Shown one piece after another: positions 40,500 through 54,415 of a DNA stretch of 64,000 nucleotides. The notes under the pieces were generated by a model. It made no database searches. It was not told the origin of the DNA and saw only the letters and a program-made list of their open reading frames with translations. The stretch's first letter is position 1; each line of letters opens with the position of its first letter. The DNA lies in the NCBI GenBank assembly GCA_951406725.2, contig OX597825.1, positions 64,480,001 to 64,544,000 of the forward strand. Reading direction: 5' to 3'. Position numbers and translations under genes: made by a program. Origin of the DNA: Octopus vulgaris. Lineage: Eukaryota.

Positions 40500-40748
40500 T
40501 GCATCTGCTCTGTCTCCCCGTACCCACCCCGCCGTCACCCGTCTCCTGTTTTCTCTCTGCTACAAACCTTCCACCACCAGCCTTACCGGCATCCATCATC
40601 GACCCTATCATATCACTGACTCCTTTACCTGCACTTCTAGGAACGTCATCTACTGCATCTCCTGCTCTCTCTGTCCTTCTCTGTACATGAGTCAAACGGG
40701 ACCCCGCTTGGTTGGCCGGTTCGGGGAGCACCTCCGAGACATCAGACT
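40500..40748 (+). pseudogene. PLE (Neptune-like) GIY-YIG fragment
   Basis: YHITDSFTCTSRNVIYCISCSLCPSLYMSQTGPRLVGRFGEHLRDI. Confidence 0.8.
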
Positions 40749-43039
40749 CGTTCTGGAGTGGGGAAACTGAATAGCAATGGACTCATGCTGCTGGTGCTCT
40801 GCGATGAACATGGACTTTGCATTGCAAACACTCATTATATGCAGAAAGGTGATTTCACAACAACATGGACGCATCCAAGGTCTAAAATTTGCTACTTGCT
40901 AGGTTATGTCATCATCCGCAATCATGAAATCTATGACATTTGTAATGTCAACTACTTTCATGGATCGATATGCTGGACAGACAACAGTCTGGCGCTAACA
41001 AAGTTCAGGATGATGATTAGAGTGAAAGAGAGAAGAGGGCCAGTCAGCATTCCTCGGCGTCTGAATGTCCATAAGATATATGATGGTGTGTTGAGGAAAG
41101 AGCTTCAGACTCGTTTCTCTAGCATTGAAAATGCTACAGTATGGGAGAATTTGTGAGACCAGGTTCTTCAGTCTGCTGCTGAAACACTGGGATATGCTAC
41201 AGCCAGACACAGAGAATGGTTTGATGAAACTGATGCTGAAGTTTAGCCATTATTGGCTGTAAAGTGCTATGCACACAACATATTGCAACACAGAGGACTT
41301 TCCGCAGTGCAGCGAAATCTACCGCTTGCCCACTACGGCAGTGTAAAATCACCACTTCAGTAGTGATTTTACAGCGATCTCTCAGGAAGATGCAGAACAT
41401 TTGGTGGTAGGATCTTGCTTGTGATGTTTACCCAAATGACAACAAGCTTTACTGTCTTATGAAACAAATTTATGGGCCTAAGAGATCCACATCAGCTTCT
41501 TTGCTTTCCAAGGAGACTTCCACTCTATTTACTAAATCAACAGAAATCACAGGTCGCTGGATCGAACAGTTCTCTGAGCTCCTAAACCATGAGTTAGTTG
41601 TTATTGAAATAGTGATTGATACTATGCAACAAAGACCTACCAAAGTCTCGTTAAATTCTATGCCCACAATAGATGAAGTAATGGTATCAATAAATAAATT
41701 GAATCTTGACAGGGCACCTGTAAATGATGGAATTTGTGCTGAGGTCCTGCGATTCGGTGGTGATTACATTATACTATCCTTTCTTGAACTTATTAGTGCA
41801 GTCTGGATGGATGGCACAATGCCTAAGGACTGGAAGGATGCAACTATTCTTCCTCTCTATAAAGAAAAAGGAGCCAGAACAATGTGCGGTAACTAAAGAT
41901 GTATTGCTCTAATATCAGCTGCTGGCAAGGCTCTGGAAAATATTCTTCTTACCCGCTTGAATGGGTGTCTCGTAAATAACGTCCTATCTGAATCTCAATG
42001 TGACTTCCGATCTCGTAGAGGAACAATGGATATGATTTTCACAAGATATATGCAAGAAAAAGGGCTATGAGCAGAATGTAGATCTTGTCCAGGTATTCAT
42101 TGATTTAACGAATTCCTTTGTTTCTGTGAATAGAGCCTTGCTATAGAAAATACTTGGCAAACTTTGAAGTCCAGATCTCTTTGTCTCTAATTAAATTATT
42201 TCATGATGGGATGGAGGCTTCTGTCAATGTTGGTGGTGGCATAGCGCGACCCCTTCCTATAAAGAATGGTGTCAAGCAGGGTGACATCCTTTCTCCAACT
42301 CTCTTTGTACTTTGCTGGTGCTTTTAATCATGCTAAGGTTAGCTCTCTGGGAAAATATGTCAGATATCGATCTTCTGGCCGCCTCTTTAATCTGCACCAA
42401 TTTGCTGCCAATTCAAAACTTTTCCAGTCTTATTCATGACCTTCTTTACGCCGTTGACTTTGACTTAGTCATACAGTAGAATGCATGCAAGTACTTATGA
42501 ATCGTATTTCTGCTTCTTGCAAAGCATTTGGACTCAGCAATAGCCTGGGCAAGACTGTTGTAATGGTCCAGCCTGCACAAGAAAATTTGTATGTGGAACC
42601 AGCTATCCTGGTTGAATGAACAATCCTGAAAGTGGTAGACAAGTTTGTCTACCTGGACGCCAAACTCAGCTCCCTGGATGATAAAATATATTTCAGGTTG
42701 CAGCGAGCAACTGATTCCTTCCGGTCTCTTCAGTCTCGAGTTCGGTTCCAGCGTAGCATCACGAAGCAAAAACAAATTTTCAGTGTACCGTACTGACATC
42801 GCTCCTTTACGCTTGTGAGACTTGGACCCTTTACAAACGTCATGTAAGGGTTCTTGAACACTTTCATCAGAGATGTCTCAGAGTGTCAGACACATTCTGG
42901 ATGTTGACTGGACCTTAAAAACTCCAGAGACACAGGTCCTGAGGACAGATAATGTCTTGAGTATTGAGGCGATGGTGCACAAGCACCGGTTCCGTTCGAC
43001 TGGACACCTTATTAGAATGAGGGATAGCAGGATTCCTAA

Positions 43040-43040
<1 letters not shown>
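40749..43040 (+). mobile_element. Decayed RTE-clade LINE, 5'-truncated, with many stops and frameshifts
   Basis: GKLNSNGLMLL..C.EHGL.IANT, TTWTHPRSK, PKDWKDATILPLYK.KG, GVKQGDILSPTLF, YAVD (decayed YADD), GHLIRMRDSRIPK. Confidence 0.9.
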
Positions 43041-43084
<44 letters not shown>

Positions 43085-43179
43085 AGAAAAAAGGTTTGAA
43101 AATGCAATTTAAACGATGTTTATTTACTTAACCGGTTTCACTCTTTGGTAAAAGATTGTCAAAAGTTACATTTAAGGAA

Positions 43180-43408
43180 ACATTGAATAATATGGGTTCA
43201 AAAAAGTTTTTTACATAATTGTCACATTGAATATTATGCATTCAAAAAAGTTTTTTACATAATTGTCACATTGGATATTATGGGTTCAAAAAAAGTTTTT
43301 TACATAATTGTCACATTGGATATTATGAATTCAAAAATGTTTTTTACATAATTGTCACATTGGATATTATGAATTCAAAAATGTTTTTTTATACATAATT
43401 GTCACATT
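43180..43408. repeat. ~44-47-bp minisatellite, about 5 copies
   Basis: acattgRatattatg..ttcaaaaa..tttttacataattgtc units. Confidence 0.9.
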
Positions 43409-43759
43409 ATTTGGGAAAATTTGGCAGAAAAGGATAAAACAAATATATTATTGGGAATTGGTTGCGTTAATTATTGGTTGTCGCAAATTGTCACATTACA
43501 TGTATATATATACAATCTTTGGTATATATATACAGCGTTTTGACAGCAAAAATTAAAATGGCTTTTTTGTACATCTCAGAATATTTTAAGTATGTTTTTA
43601 CTGACCTGTCAGTATTAGCAGAAAGGCTGAACTGAGAGAACAGAAGTAGCCAATGTGGTGTATACTTCCCCTTTATGCATGAATGATTTTGGGGTTATCA
43701 GGAGGTTAGTATGCGGGTGTGAATAGATGTGTCCGTGCCTGCTGGTCAGACAGCATCTG

Positions 43760-43981
43760 TTTGTCACACACATATATATACACACAAACACACACACACA
43801 CAACAACACACACACACACACACATAGTATACAAACACACACCACATACAAACAACACACACACACAGAACACACACACCCACACACAACGCACCCACAT
43901 ATATCACATATACACACAGCACACAAATATAACATGTATCTATATATAACATACACAGATATATAACACACATACACACAC

Positions 43982-44020
<39 letters not shown>

Positions 44021-44812
44021 CACACGCACACATACATACATAATATAAATATCACACAAATACACCTAGCATATATATACACACATACAATACACACATA
44101 CAGCATGTAAGTAATATACATACACAATATATGCATGCAATATACATACGTAATACATACATATAATATATATATATATAGACAATGCATATACATATAT
44201 ACACATATACATATAAATAGTGTTTACATACACATACATAGATGTACCACATATACACACAACACACATACATACAATGCATACACATACACATACGCAT
44301 ACATATAATATATATATACACACACACACACATAACATACATACACACACAATGCATACATATATATACACGCAATGCATATACATGTATTCATGCACAT
44401 ATAGCACACCTACAATATACATATATACAGTGCACACATACACACAAATATATACACTTAATTGTACACGTACATATACAATACACATACATACAATATA
44501 CATATACACAATGCGCATGCAAATAATGTACATGTTTATACACACATAAACATGCAAATAAATATACACACACACACATACACACACACACATATATATA
44601 CACATATATATATATATACACACATACATACATACATACATGCACATACATATATTTTTTCACACACATATATATATATAAAAAATTCACCACCCCCCAC
44701 ACACACAAATTACAAACCTATAGCGTACACACTCAAATATATCTCTACATGCCGCACATACACACAAACAAAGTACTAACATATACACACATACCATGCA
44801 TATACACACACA

Positions 44813-44843
<31 letters not shown>

Positions 44844-44884
44844 AAAACAGATACATATGTAAATACATACACACGTACACAATG

Positions 44885-44919
<35 letters not shown>

Positions 44920-45085
44920 GCACACAGTGCACACACACACACACACATATATACACACGTGCACACACACACACACATACAACGCGCGCACACACACATA
45001 TACACACACACGCACACAGTGCACACACACACACACACACACACACAACACTCACACACATACATCACCTACATATATATAATGC
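43760..45085. repeat. ~1.3-kb degenerate CA/TA low-complexity tract
   Basis: Read directly. Confidence 0.9.
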
Positions 45086-45233
45086 ATGCGTGTGCATGCC
45101 ACGTATGTGTGCGGTCAATGCCCGCTAGTGTGTCCTATGCGTGCCGATGCGCGCATGTGCCCGCCCGCACGATATGCTGTGAGCGTGCGCGCGTCCCTGT
45201 GTGCTTGCTCTGGATGTGCTTCCAGGGGGTATG

Positions 45234-46880
45234 TTAGAGTATGTTTAGTTGTGGTCTGTATTTTTGAATAAGATTACTTTCCTTATTTATTCGTGTTTGG
45301 TCTGTGGTGTTGTCCGAGCATTGGTATAGTGGGAAGACTAAGAATTTGGGGGACTTATTGTGTGCACAAAGGTCTAAGTGTCCACTTAGTGGTATCTGTC
45401 TTGTGGAGGGGTCCCTCAGTTGTTGTCGGTGAACTGTCATTCTGTCTCTGAGGGTAAGGCTCGTTTGCCCTATGTAGTCTTCGTGGCATCCTTCACACCT
45501 TATGACGTAGAGTAAATTTTTTGATGCGCACGTGAAGTTATTTTTTATGATGAATGTGTGTCCCGAGTGGAACTTGTACGACGATCCCTCAATGAGGTGG
45601 ATGCAGGTCTTACAGTTGGGGCGACCACATTTTTTGATGGTGGGCGGTGGGTTTGTGTTGTGTAATTTTGCGTTGGTGAGGAGGTTTTTTAGGGATTTAG
45701 GTTGTCTCTTACTTTTTATTATTTTATGAGCTGCCAGTATTTTTTTCAGGCGTGGGTCTTGATTTAGTTGTGGAATGTTGTTGTATATAATAGTGTAAGC
45801 TTCTGCATTCCTTGGGTTGTGTGTTGAGAGATAAGGGAGGCTATTGACTGTACTGTGGATGTGTTTGGGTTTTCGAAGGTCTTGAATGTTGATTGATTTG
45901 GCCCGTTCTATTCCGTTGTCTACTAGTGATGCCGGGTAATGTCTTTCGAGAAGAATTGCCCTTAGTTCCCGGAGTCTTCTATTTCGTGTTGTGTCATTTG
46001 AGACAATAGTGCAGATTCTTCTCGCTAGGTTGAAGGGGATATTTGTCTTTGTGTGTTTTGGGTGATTGGAGGTGAATAGAAGGTATTGTTTAGAGTCAGT
46101 GGGTTTGTAATGGATGTCAGTTTCAATGTTGACGCCTTTTTTAATGATTAGGATGTCAAGAAAAGGGAGTTGGTCCTGACTATATTCCATTGTGAATTGA
46201 ATGTTGTTATTTACACTGTTGATAAGGTTTTTGAAGTCTATAAGTTGGTCGAGTGTGTGGGACCATAGGATGAGGCAATCATCTAAGTAGCGTTTCCAGT
46301 TCTCCAACAGGTATTTGTGGAAAGACTGGCCGTACTTATATTTGGATTTTTCATAGATATGTGATTCCAGGTAGGCCATCACCAGGTTTGCATAGGTAGG
46401 TGCAACTTTCGTACCCATTGCAGTCCCTGAGACCTGTCTGTAAGTGTTGTTGTGGAAATACATGAAGTTGTTTTGCAGAATAAATTTGAGGCCCTCAATT
46501 ATGAATTCTTTTTAATTCTTTCCGGGATCTCATTGGGATATTTATCCAGCCAGAATTTAATGGCTTCCAGTCCAAATTCATGTGGGATTGTGGTGTAAAG
46601 ATTAATAACATCAAAAGAAACGATTAAGGTGTCTTTATCGGCATGTTTGGGGAGATGGTTTAATAGGTCCAGGTCATCTCTTACAATACTTGGAATGTGT
46701 TTCAGTATTGGTTTTAAGATGATATCTATAAAGTTGCTAAGTCTGTGTGTTTCACAACTTGGGCCTGCCACTATTGGTCTCAGTTTGAGATCAGTGGGAT
46801 GTGGTATAGTGATGCAGGTTGAAGTGGACTTTTTGCAAGCTTCTGTGATAATTTGACTCTTGTGTATTTTTGGAAGCCAT
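45234..46880 (-). CDS. Penelope-like element ORF (RT, Cys linker, GIY-YIG; Neptune-like), 5'-truncated, with one frameshift at the T run 46509-46513
   Basis: LPKIHK, LRPIVAG, SFDVINLYTTIP, GTAMGT..AP.YANL, RYLDD, LPFLD, CGRPNCKTC, LLYVIRC..C...YIGQT..R. Confidence 0.93.
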
Positions 46881-46980
46881 TTTTTTTCAAACCTTTTTGG
46901 AAGCCCTATTTTTGGAAGCCCTATTTTTTTCAAACCTTTTTTCTTATATAATCCCACTCGTGCGATACCCCACAACTCAA

Positions 46981-47024
<44 letters not shown>

Positions 47025-47388
47025 TATATTATGTTGAATGTATATATTCTATTAATCTATTAATTTCTCTGTACAGCTGATAATTCGCTTGACACGTGAT
47101 ATTTTAATAATACCATCCCTCTTACGTATATATATATATATGTATGTATATATATTGTATGTCAAACCCAAGCAGTCATACTTAATTTGGTTAGCGGCAT
47201 AATTGCCTCCATGTCTACTCACAATGTTTCGTCTTCTAGCCACTCTTCAACTGCCCCCCCCCACCGCGGAATTTGTCCCTCGTAAAGATATGACTAAGTT
47301 CGAATCACTTGAGCGGTACAAGTGCTTTCTATACCAAAAATCACTCGATCTTATATGTTGACTCTATATATGTATATATGTATATATG

Positions 47389-47422
<34 letters not shown>

Positions 47423-47455
47423 TGTATGTATGTGTGTGTGTGTGTGTGTACATGT

Positions 47456-47501
<46 letters not shown>

Positions 47502-48127
47502 GGCAGACGTGTGTGTATGCACGCGTTTCTGTGTATTAGTATATTACTGTAGCAATTACCACAAAGCATTTCTTCTGCCTTTCTAACGATCCTACCAGCT
47601 TCACTGCCCTAAATGTTTCACCAATTACACCATCTCCTGATATTCAAAGCGATGTTTTTCCCCAGTGACTGTTCAATCATATTTCTGCCGCGATTATATC
47701 CTTTCCGTTCATTCTTCTCAGGTCGAAGACCTTAGCGAGGATCTCAAACAAGAAAAAAACACAACATATCAGCAGTTTAATTTAATCGGTAATGGCTCCG
47801 TTGACATAGGGAGATTTGAAGAAAATAAGCAAACGAAAGTAAAATAAATAGAACCAGGCTCATAACTGCTTTTATTGCATGTTTTGCGATCTTGTTTTCG
47901 TTTCTGTACAAATCAGTGGATTTATCTTTTTAACTGCTGTTCATTCCCTTGCTCTTGCTATTATTTCGCTACTGCTGTTGTCTTCTCATTCCTTTTTTTC
48001 GGTTGCTAATGTATTTGCTGTTGTTTTTACTCCTGTTCCTGTTGTTATTCTCGCTGCTCTTCCTTGTGAAGGAGTTATGGTGGTATCATGCAGTGGAACT
48101 GTTAATGTCAAAATGTTGTTGCTGTAT

Positions 48128-48261
48128 TCTTCTTCTTCTTCTTCTTCTTCTTCTTCTTCTTCTTCTTCTTCTTCTTCTTCTTCTTCTTCTTCTTCTTCTT
48201 CTTCTTCTTCTTCTTCTTCTTCTTCTTCTTCTTCTTCTTCTTCTTCTTCTTCTTCTTCTTC
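48128..48261. repeat. (TTC)n tract, probably the expanded (GAA)n tail of the adjacent SINE
   Basis: Abuts the 3' end of the minus-strand element 48262-48730. Confidence 0.95.
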
Positions 48262-48730
48262 CAATCAGGACTCACGTCATTAGCCGCAAAGAATAATCTC
48301 CAATTCGAGCCTACTCTAAGCTACTAAGAATGCGTGCGGCAACATGAAGATCCACCCACCACACGCGATAGACTGGCGGTTGCACGGGCGCGAAAGCTAA
48401 GCTGTTATCCTCATTCCGTAAACGGTGGCTTTTAACAGGTGAAGAGCTGAACCGTCCTGGGGTACAGAGGATTCGCAATTTAGACTAAGGTCTGAAAGTT
48501 TACCACACCATAGTGGGTTAAACCATGCTTCCTTTGCATTGTGACAGAAGTAGAAGAAAGAGTGAGAGAAAGTTGTGGTAAAAGATTACAGCAGGGCTCA
48601 CCAACCCACCCCGCCGGAGCCTCGTGGAGCTTAGGTGTTTTTGCTCAATAAATACTCAGAATGTGAGGTCTTGGAATCGAAACCGCGTTCTTACAACCGC
48701 TGCCCTAACCACTGGGCCATTGCCCCTCCA
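48262..48730 (-). mobile_element. SINE family F: C-type head with a different body
   Basis: 48550-48730 matches the C head at 4866-5057; 48262-48545 is unrelated to the C body. Confidence 0.7.
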
Positions 48731-49834
48731 GTCTTGCTGTTGTTCCTTGTGAGGTAGTTATGTACTGTGTGGCCATGCTGGGGCAATATCTTGAAAATTT
48801 TAGTGGAATGAGTCGAGCCCAGTACTGTTTGTATTTTTTAAAACCTGGTGCTTATTCTGTCGATTTTCATGGTGGAACCGCTAAGTTACTGAGACATAAA
48901 CACACCGACAAAATGTTGATGTTGATGTAGCTGGTAATGGTGTTGGATGGTGTTTCCTTCATTACTATTGATGCTGTTGCTTCTATCGTTGCTGCTGCAA
49001 TGTTGCTTCAAATCCATGCTGTTTTTGTTTCCATTGGTTAATATTCTATAAAAGAAAAGGAGCCAGAGCAATGGTTAACCCTGCTTCCATTGGTTACTAT
49101 TCAAATTTTTTGCTGTTCCAACTCTCGATATTCATCTTGTTCCAATAAACAGATCGATAATATAAAAAGATACAAACTACCCATGATGTTGCATTTTTAT
49201 TTATCTAATGTTGACATATAGATGTCCTTCATTATTCTTCAAGCGAGATGGTCGGGATATCACAAATACTTAACTCTCATTTTTAGCAATCAGAGCAAAC
49301 TCGTAGAGATTTCCACAGCGTCATCATCATCATCGCTGATGCCATGGTTGTTTTTATTGTTGCTTTTTGCTTTTGCTTTTGCTTTTGTTGTTGTTGTTGT
49401 TATAATTGTTGTTGTTCTTGTAGCTGTTATTGTTGAAGTAGATGGCATGCTTAGTATTTTGCTGATGTCAGCACTAGTGCAGCTGCATCAATTGTATAAT
49501 CGATATTTCTATACTAATATTTAGATGCAACCCCGAACTACATCTTGCAATATCGCTGCAACAACATGCAGTTTGTTGCGCTACAGTAATGCGATGCGTT
49601 AAATATAGTGCTATCGCTAGCTAGATATTTTTTTTTTGTTAGAAGCCTGCTCATCTGCTGAATGCATATGCATGCATTTCCGTCGCATTCAACGAAGACT
49701 ATTTAACTGTTCAGAGATCTGAACAACCAAGCTCGTTGAATATATGCCCTTAGATAATTTATCAGTTAGAATCACTGTCGTGTCGTAGAGTTTCTTTTAT
49801 CTTTTACTTGCTTCAGTCATTTGCGTGTGGCCAT

Positions 49835-50534
49835 GTATACGACGGACTTTGTGCAGTTTCCGGCTATCAAATTCACTCACAAGACTTTGGTTGACTTGAA
49901 TCTATATTAGAAGGCATTTACCCAAAGTGTCACGCATTTAGATTGTTAGGGTCGAACCGTTACGTTGCGGGGGCATAAACACACTGACACCGGTTGTCAA
50001 GCACTGATGGGGGACAAACACAGACACAAAGACACACACACAAACATACACTCACACACACACATATATATATCTGTATACGACGGACTTTGTGCAGTTT
50101 CCGGCTATCAAATTCACTCACAAGACTTTGGTCGACTTGAATCTATATTAGAAGGCATTTACCCAAAGTGTCACGCATTTAGATTGTTAGGGTCGAACCG
50201 TTACGTTGCGGGGGCATAAACACACTGACACCGGTTGTCAAGCACTGATGGGGGACAAACACAGACACAAAGACACACACACAAACATACACTCACACAC
50301 ACACATATATATATCTGTATACGACGGACTTCGTGCAGTTTCCGGCTATCAAATTCACTCACAAGACTTTGGTCGACTTGAATCTATATTAGAAGGCATT
50401 TACCCAAAGTGTCACGCATTTAGATTGTTAGGGTCGAACCGTTACGTTGCGGGGGCATAAACACACTGACACCGGTTGTCAAGCACTGATGGGGGACAAA
50501 CACACACACAAAGACACACACACACAAACATACA

Positions 50535-50579
<45 letters not shown>

Positions 50580-50683
50580 CTGTATACGACGGACTTCGTG
50601 CAGTTTCCGGCTATCAAATTCACTCACAAGACTTTGGTTGACTTGAATCTATATTAGAAGGCATTTACCCAAAGTGTCACGCA
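49835..50683 (-). repeat. Tandem array of a 241-bp SINE A-derived unit (about 3.4 copies)
   Basis: Unit starts gtatacgacggact at 49835, 50076, 50317 and 50582; units near identical. Confidence 0.95.
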
Positions 50684-50996
50684 GTGGGACAGATACCGGT
50701 ACCATGTGGATGGGAAGCATGTTTCTTCCCACACAGCCGCACCTGTGAAATGGTTTGACTCAACTTTTGTATTACTAGCCCTATCTCACGGATGGGTACT
50801 TTTGCAATTTATATTTACGTAATTTCACTTACAAATATTGGTCGATGAGAGGATACACTTAAAATAAAATTGCTCATCAGGCCACGCAGTGGGATTGAAC
50901 TTGGACTTCCACGCTTTTGAAACAAATATTTTCTCCACTTTGTCAATCTGCGTTTATGAGCGTAAAAACACACATATGCACAAACATACAAACACA

Positions 50997-51074
50997 CATC
51001 CTCCTCCTCCTCCTCATCATCATCATCATTATCATCCTCATCATCATTATCATCATCATCATCATCATCATTAT

Positions 51075-51155
<81 letters not shown>
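50997..51155. repeat. (CAT)n microsatellite
   Basis: Read directly; source of the poly-H, poly-I and poly-M pseudo-ORFs. Confidence 0.97.
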
Positions 51156-51905
51156 TAGAGTGATGAATTTATTGAATTGATAGTGTTGGACAAAATTCCC
51201 TGAGATATTTGTTCTTCTGATTTCAATTCCTGCAGAGATCAGCTTTGACTTTCATCCCCTCTGGAGTTGATAAAATAAAGTTCTACTCTAGTACCGGGGT
51301 CAACGATGCTGACTAATTCCCATTATATAAGTATCCTACATACATTTATATATGTGTGTGAGTGTTTATATACATCTAAATATATAGAAATACACACACA
51401 CTCACACACACAAAACAAACATACAAGAATATGCATGTATCACAGATACATACGCACAGCACAAAGAGATGTATGTGGGCATTTGTGCGTATGTGCGTGC
51501 GAAGTTGATTTAGGAATGAGTGACATAGAATTAGATATATAAAGTATTTATATTTTTATTGACTGCGAAACCAATCAAATTAATTGAGATGGAAACTTTG
51601 AATCTGTAAATAACGAAAAGATCGAACATTCCAGAACCATCTCGAAAATTACCGTTATGGTGATATGATCAAAAACGCCCAACTCCCACTAGCTGATATA
51701 TAGAAGAAGAAAAATACCTAAACATATTCACATAATTATCTACGGATGCATACATATGTATGTATAAGCCTGAAATAACATATCTTACTGAAAATAAAAT
51801 CAAAATGATATGTAATTTTAAAGTCAATGTAAAGAGTATCAAATTGATACTCTAACGACATCACCAGTATTCTAGCAAGATGTAAAAGGAACAAATTAAA
51901 TATAT

Positions 51906-52473
51906 TTTTTTCTACTCTAGGCACAAGGCCCTAAATGTTTAGGGAGGGGCCCAGTCGATTAGATCGACCCCAGTATGCAACTGGTACTTAATTTATCGAC
52001 CACGAAAGGATGAAAGGCAAAGAACGTGAGGACAGACGAAATACCTATTTCTATTTCTTTACTGCCCACAAGGGGCTAAACACAGGAGGACAAACGAGGA
52101 CAGACAAATGGATTAAGTCGATTATATCGACCCCAGTGCGTAACTGGTACTTATTTAATCGACCCCGAAAGGATGAAAGGCAAAGTCGACCTCGGCGGAA
52201 TTTGAACTCAGAACGTGAGGACAGACGAAATACCTATTTCTATTTCTTTATAGACCCACAAGGGGCTAAACAAAGAAGGGACAAACAAGGACAGACATAG
52301 GTATCAAGTCGATTACATCGACCCCAGTGCGTCACTGGTACATAATTTATGGACTCCGAAAGGATGAAATGCAAAGTCGACCTCGGCAGAATTTGAACTC
52401 AGAACGTACCGACAGACGAAATACCGCTAAGCATTTCGCCCGGTGTGCTAACGACTCTGTTAGCTCACCGCCC
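51906..52473 (-). mobile_element. SINE B trimer with two different tail types
   Basis: Junctions gacgaaatacctatttc near 52035 and 52225; decayed TSD acaaattaaatatat / acaaattatacatat. Confidence 0.85.
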
Positions 52474-53412
52474 TACAAATTATACATATAAGCCATGCAG
52501 CATTCATTTCCACCAAGCATGCGACTCGCCAATAACGCGTGTCCGCTTAGTCTGCGAATATTGTCAGGAAAGTGTAGTGTACTGCGCGTAAACCTCTATT
52601 TGGAATGCTAATATTTCAAGAAATTATGCTAACGGTAGCGACAGAACCATTAAAACCCCGTACAATCCGTGCAAGGTTTTTGAACAAGAGTTTCAACAAC
52701 GCCCTCTAAATATAATCGGAACTTGAAAGAGGGACCTAACTACAAAATTTGACAGGTCATTTATCGAAATCGTGTTCAAATGAATACTTCCTTTCTCTCT
52801 GGCAGCTAGAGATTTATAGTATACAAATGCAATTAATTGATTTGCTACAATTCATACTCCAATCCGTGTTTCTTCAGCCAAAGAAATGGGAGTACATTCT
52901 TCAGATCTCTATGCTGCCTACTAGTTAGTTCATTATACAAGCTGATATATTCAATCATAGGTCACAAGTAAGTCATTCATCATCTACACATGCTTATTTT
53001 CAGACAACCTCCATATTTCTCACTGTGATCCCGCGCACTCACACGCAGTCAGTTAATTGCAACACCTAAATTTGGTTTGAATCAATGGTTTATAATATGA
53101 TCATGTCAACAATTTATTTGAACATCTGAAAAATTATCAACATGTGCACCCCTCACTTAGGATAAAAAGTAATACAGTGCAAAAGAAAAAAGAAATTTAT
53201 GATATACTCGCTGTCGAATAAAAGCAAGCAAATTTGAATTTCGTGCGTCCCAGAAGGGGGCTTCCTTTAAACACTGAGATGTTTCCTGCTGAAAATATAC
53301 TCTTCAAAATCTATGCATGGAAGCTTTATGAAAATAAACAAAATGCGAAGGCAGGTGGAATATAAACAAACAATTGTATTAGCATGGCGCTCAGGAATAT
53401 AAATAAAACAAG

Positions 53413-53450
53413 TCTTTTACGTTTCGAGCCTACGCTCTTCAACAGAAAGA
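53413..53450 (-). ncRNA. Minimal hammerhead-like variant, copy 2
   Basis: tcttt CTGTTGA A gagc gtag gctc GAAA cg TA aaaga; 5-bp stem I. Confidence 0.55.
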
Positions 53451-54223
53451 TACACAGAAAAGAAACACGGAAAGAAACAAGCAGAGAAAAAAAATGCGTG
53501 CAGAAGCTAGCGAATCAACATGACGATAGATATCAGGAAAATAAGACAAGGTAGAAATCTTTATCATGATGTACATTTTGTAATGGTTAGTACCGATTTC
53601 ATTCTTTTCGACTTTTTCAACTAAGAGTAAAACAAAGGTGGATATTAATGAAGAAGAAACACAATTAGACTGAAGAAAAAATAAAATAAAATGTTTTGTA
53701 AATATTTCCATAGTCTTCAAATAGGTAGGCCATTTTCGTTTATTCTTTCTGTCTGTCTGTCTCTCTTTTCTTTTGCGAAAGCTCGGTAGGTAGTAGCAGA
53801 TCTGAAAAAATAGTATTTCTCAGCTCTCCATCATATATTTGACTCATTTAGCTTCTTTCAACATCTACTCTCCATATCAGATTTTACTTACAACTTATTT
53901 AACGCCTCCCCTTTTAACACACCGTTATAGAAAAAATCTCGCCTCTTTTACTTTACAGCTTTTTCGTAAGAAACTGTGATATCTGTGGAAGTTTTTCTTA
54001 AATTTATTATATGTCTTGAGTTCTTCTGCATTTAACGTAATTTGACTTTTCATATACACCAAGTTTGTACTATTTATCAGTACATGTACAGTTAATTAGT
54101 GTCTTATCATTTTTATTATTGGTATTATTATATAATTTATTTTTATAAAAATTATTCAGTTTAAATTTGTTAAAAGAAGAAATAATGTTACCTACACTAT
54201 TAGTGGTAGAATAATCTACTCCA

Positions 54224-54347
54224 AAATGAGAAATGCTGATTTAGCCAAGAGAAGGATAACCATGTCTGCCCAATGCTCACGAATAGGTAAATAAGTTGTT
54301 CAGGAACTTATACATATTAACATATATGTATAGATAGATAGGTATAC

Positions 54348-54415
<68 letters not shown>

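Noticed and set aside
43615-45271. Many overlapping YI/CV/HT-rich ORFs (also at 15, 20-22, 35, 39, 47 and 56-58 kb)
   Set aside because: Dinucleotide microsatellite translations
43180-50683. Regular arrays at 43.2 kb and 49.8-50.7 kb as CRISPR
   Set aside because: No unique spacers, no cas genes, eukaryotic context
47879-51180. Poly-S, poly-E, poly-H and poly-M ORFs
   Set aside because: (TTC)n and (CAT)n tracts
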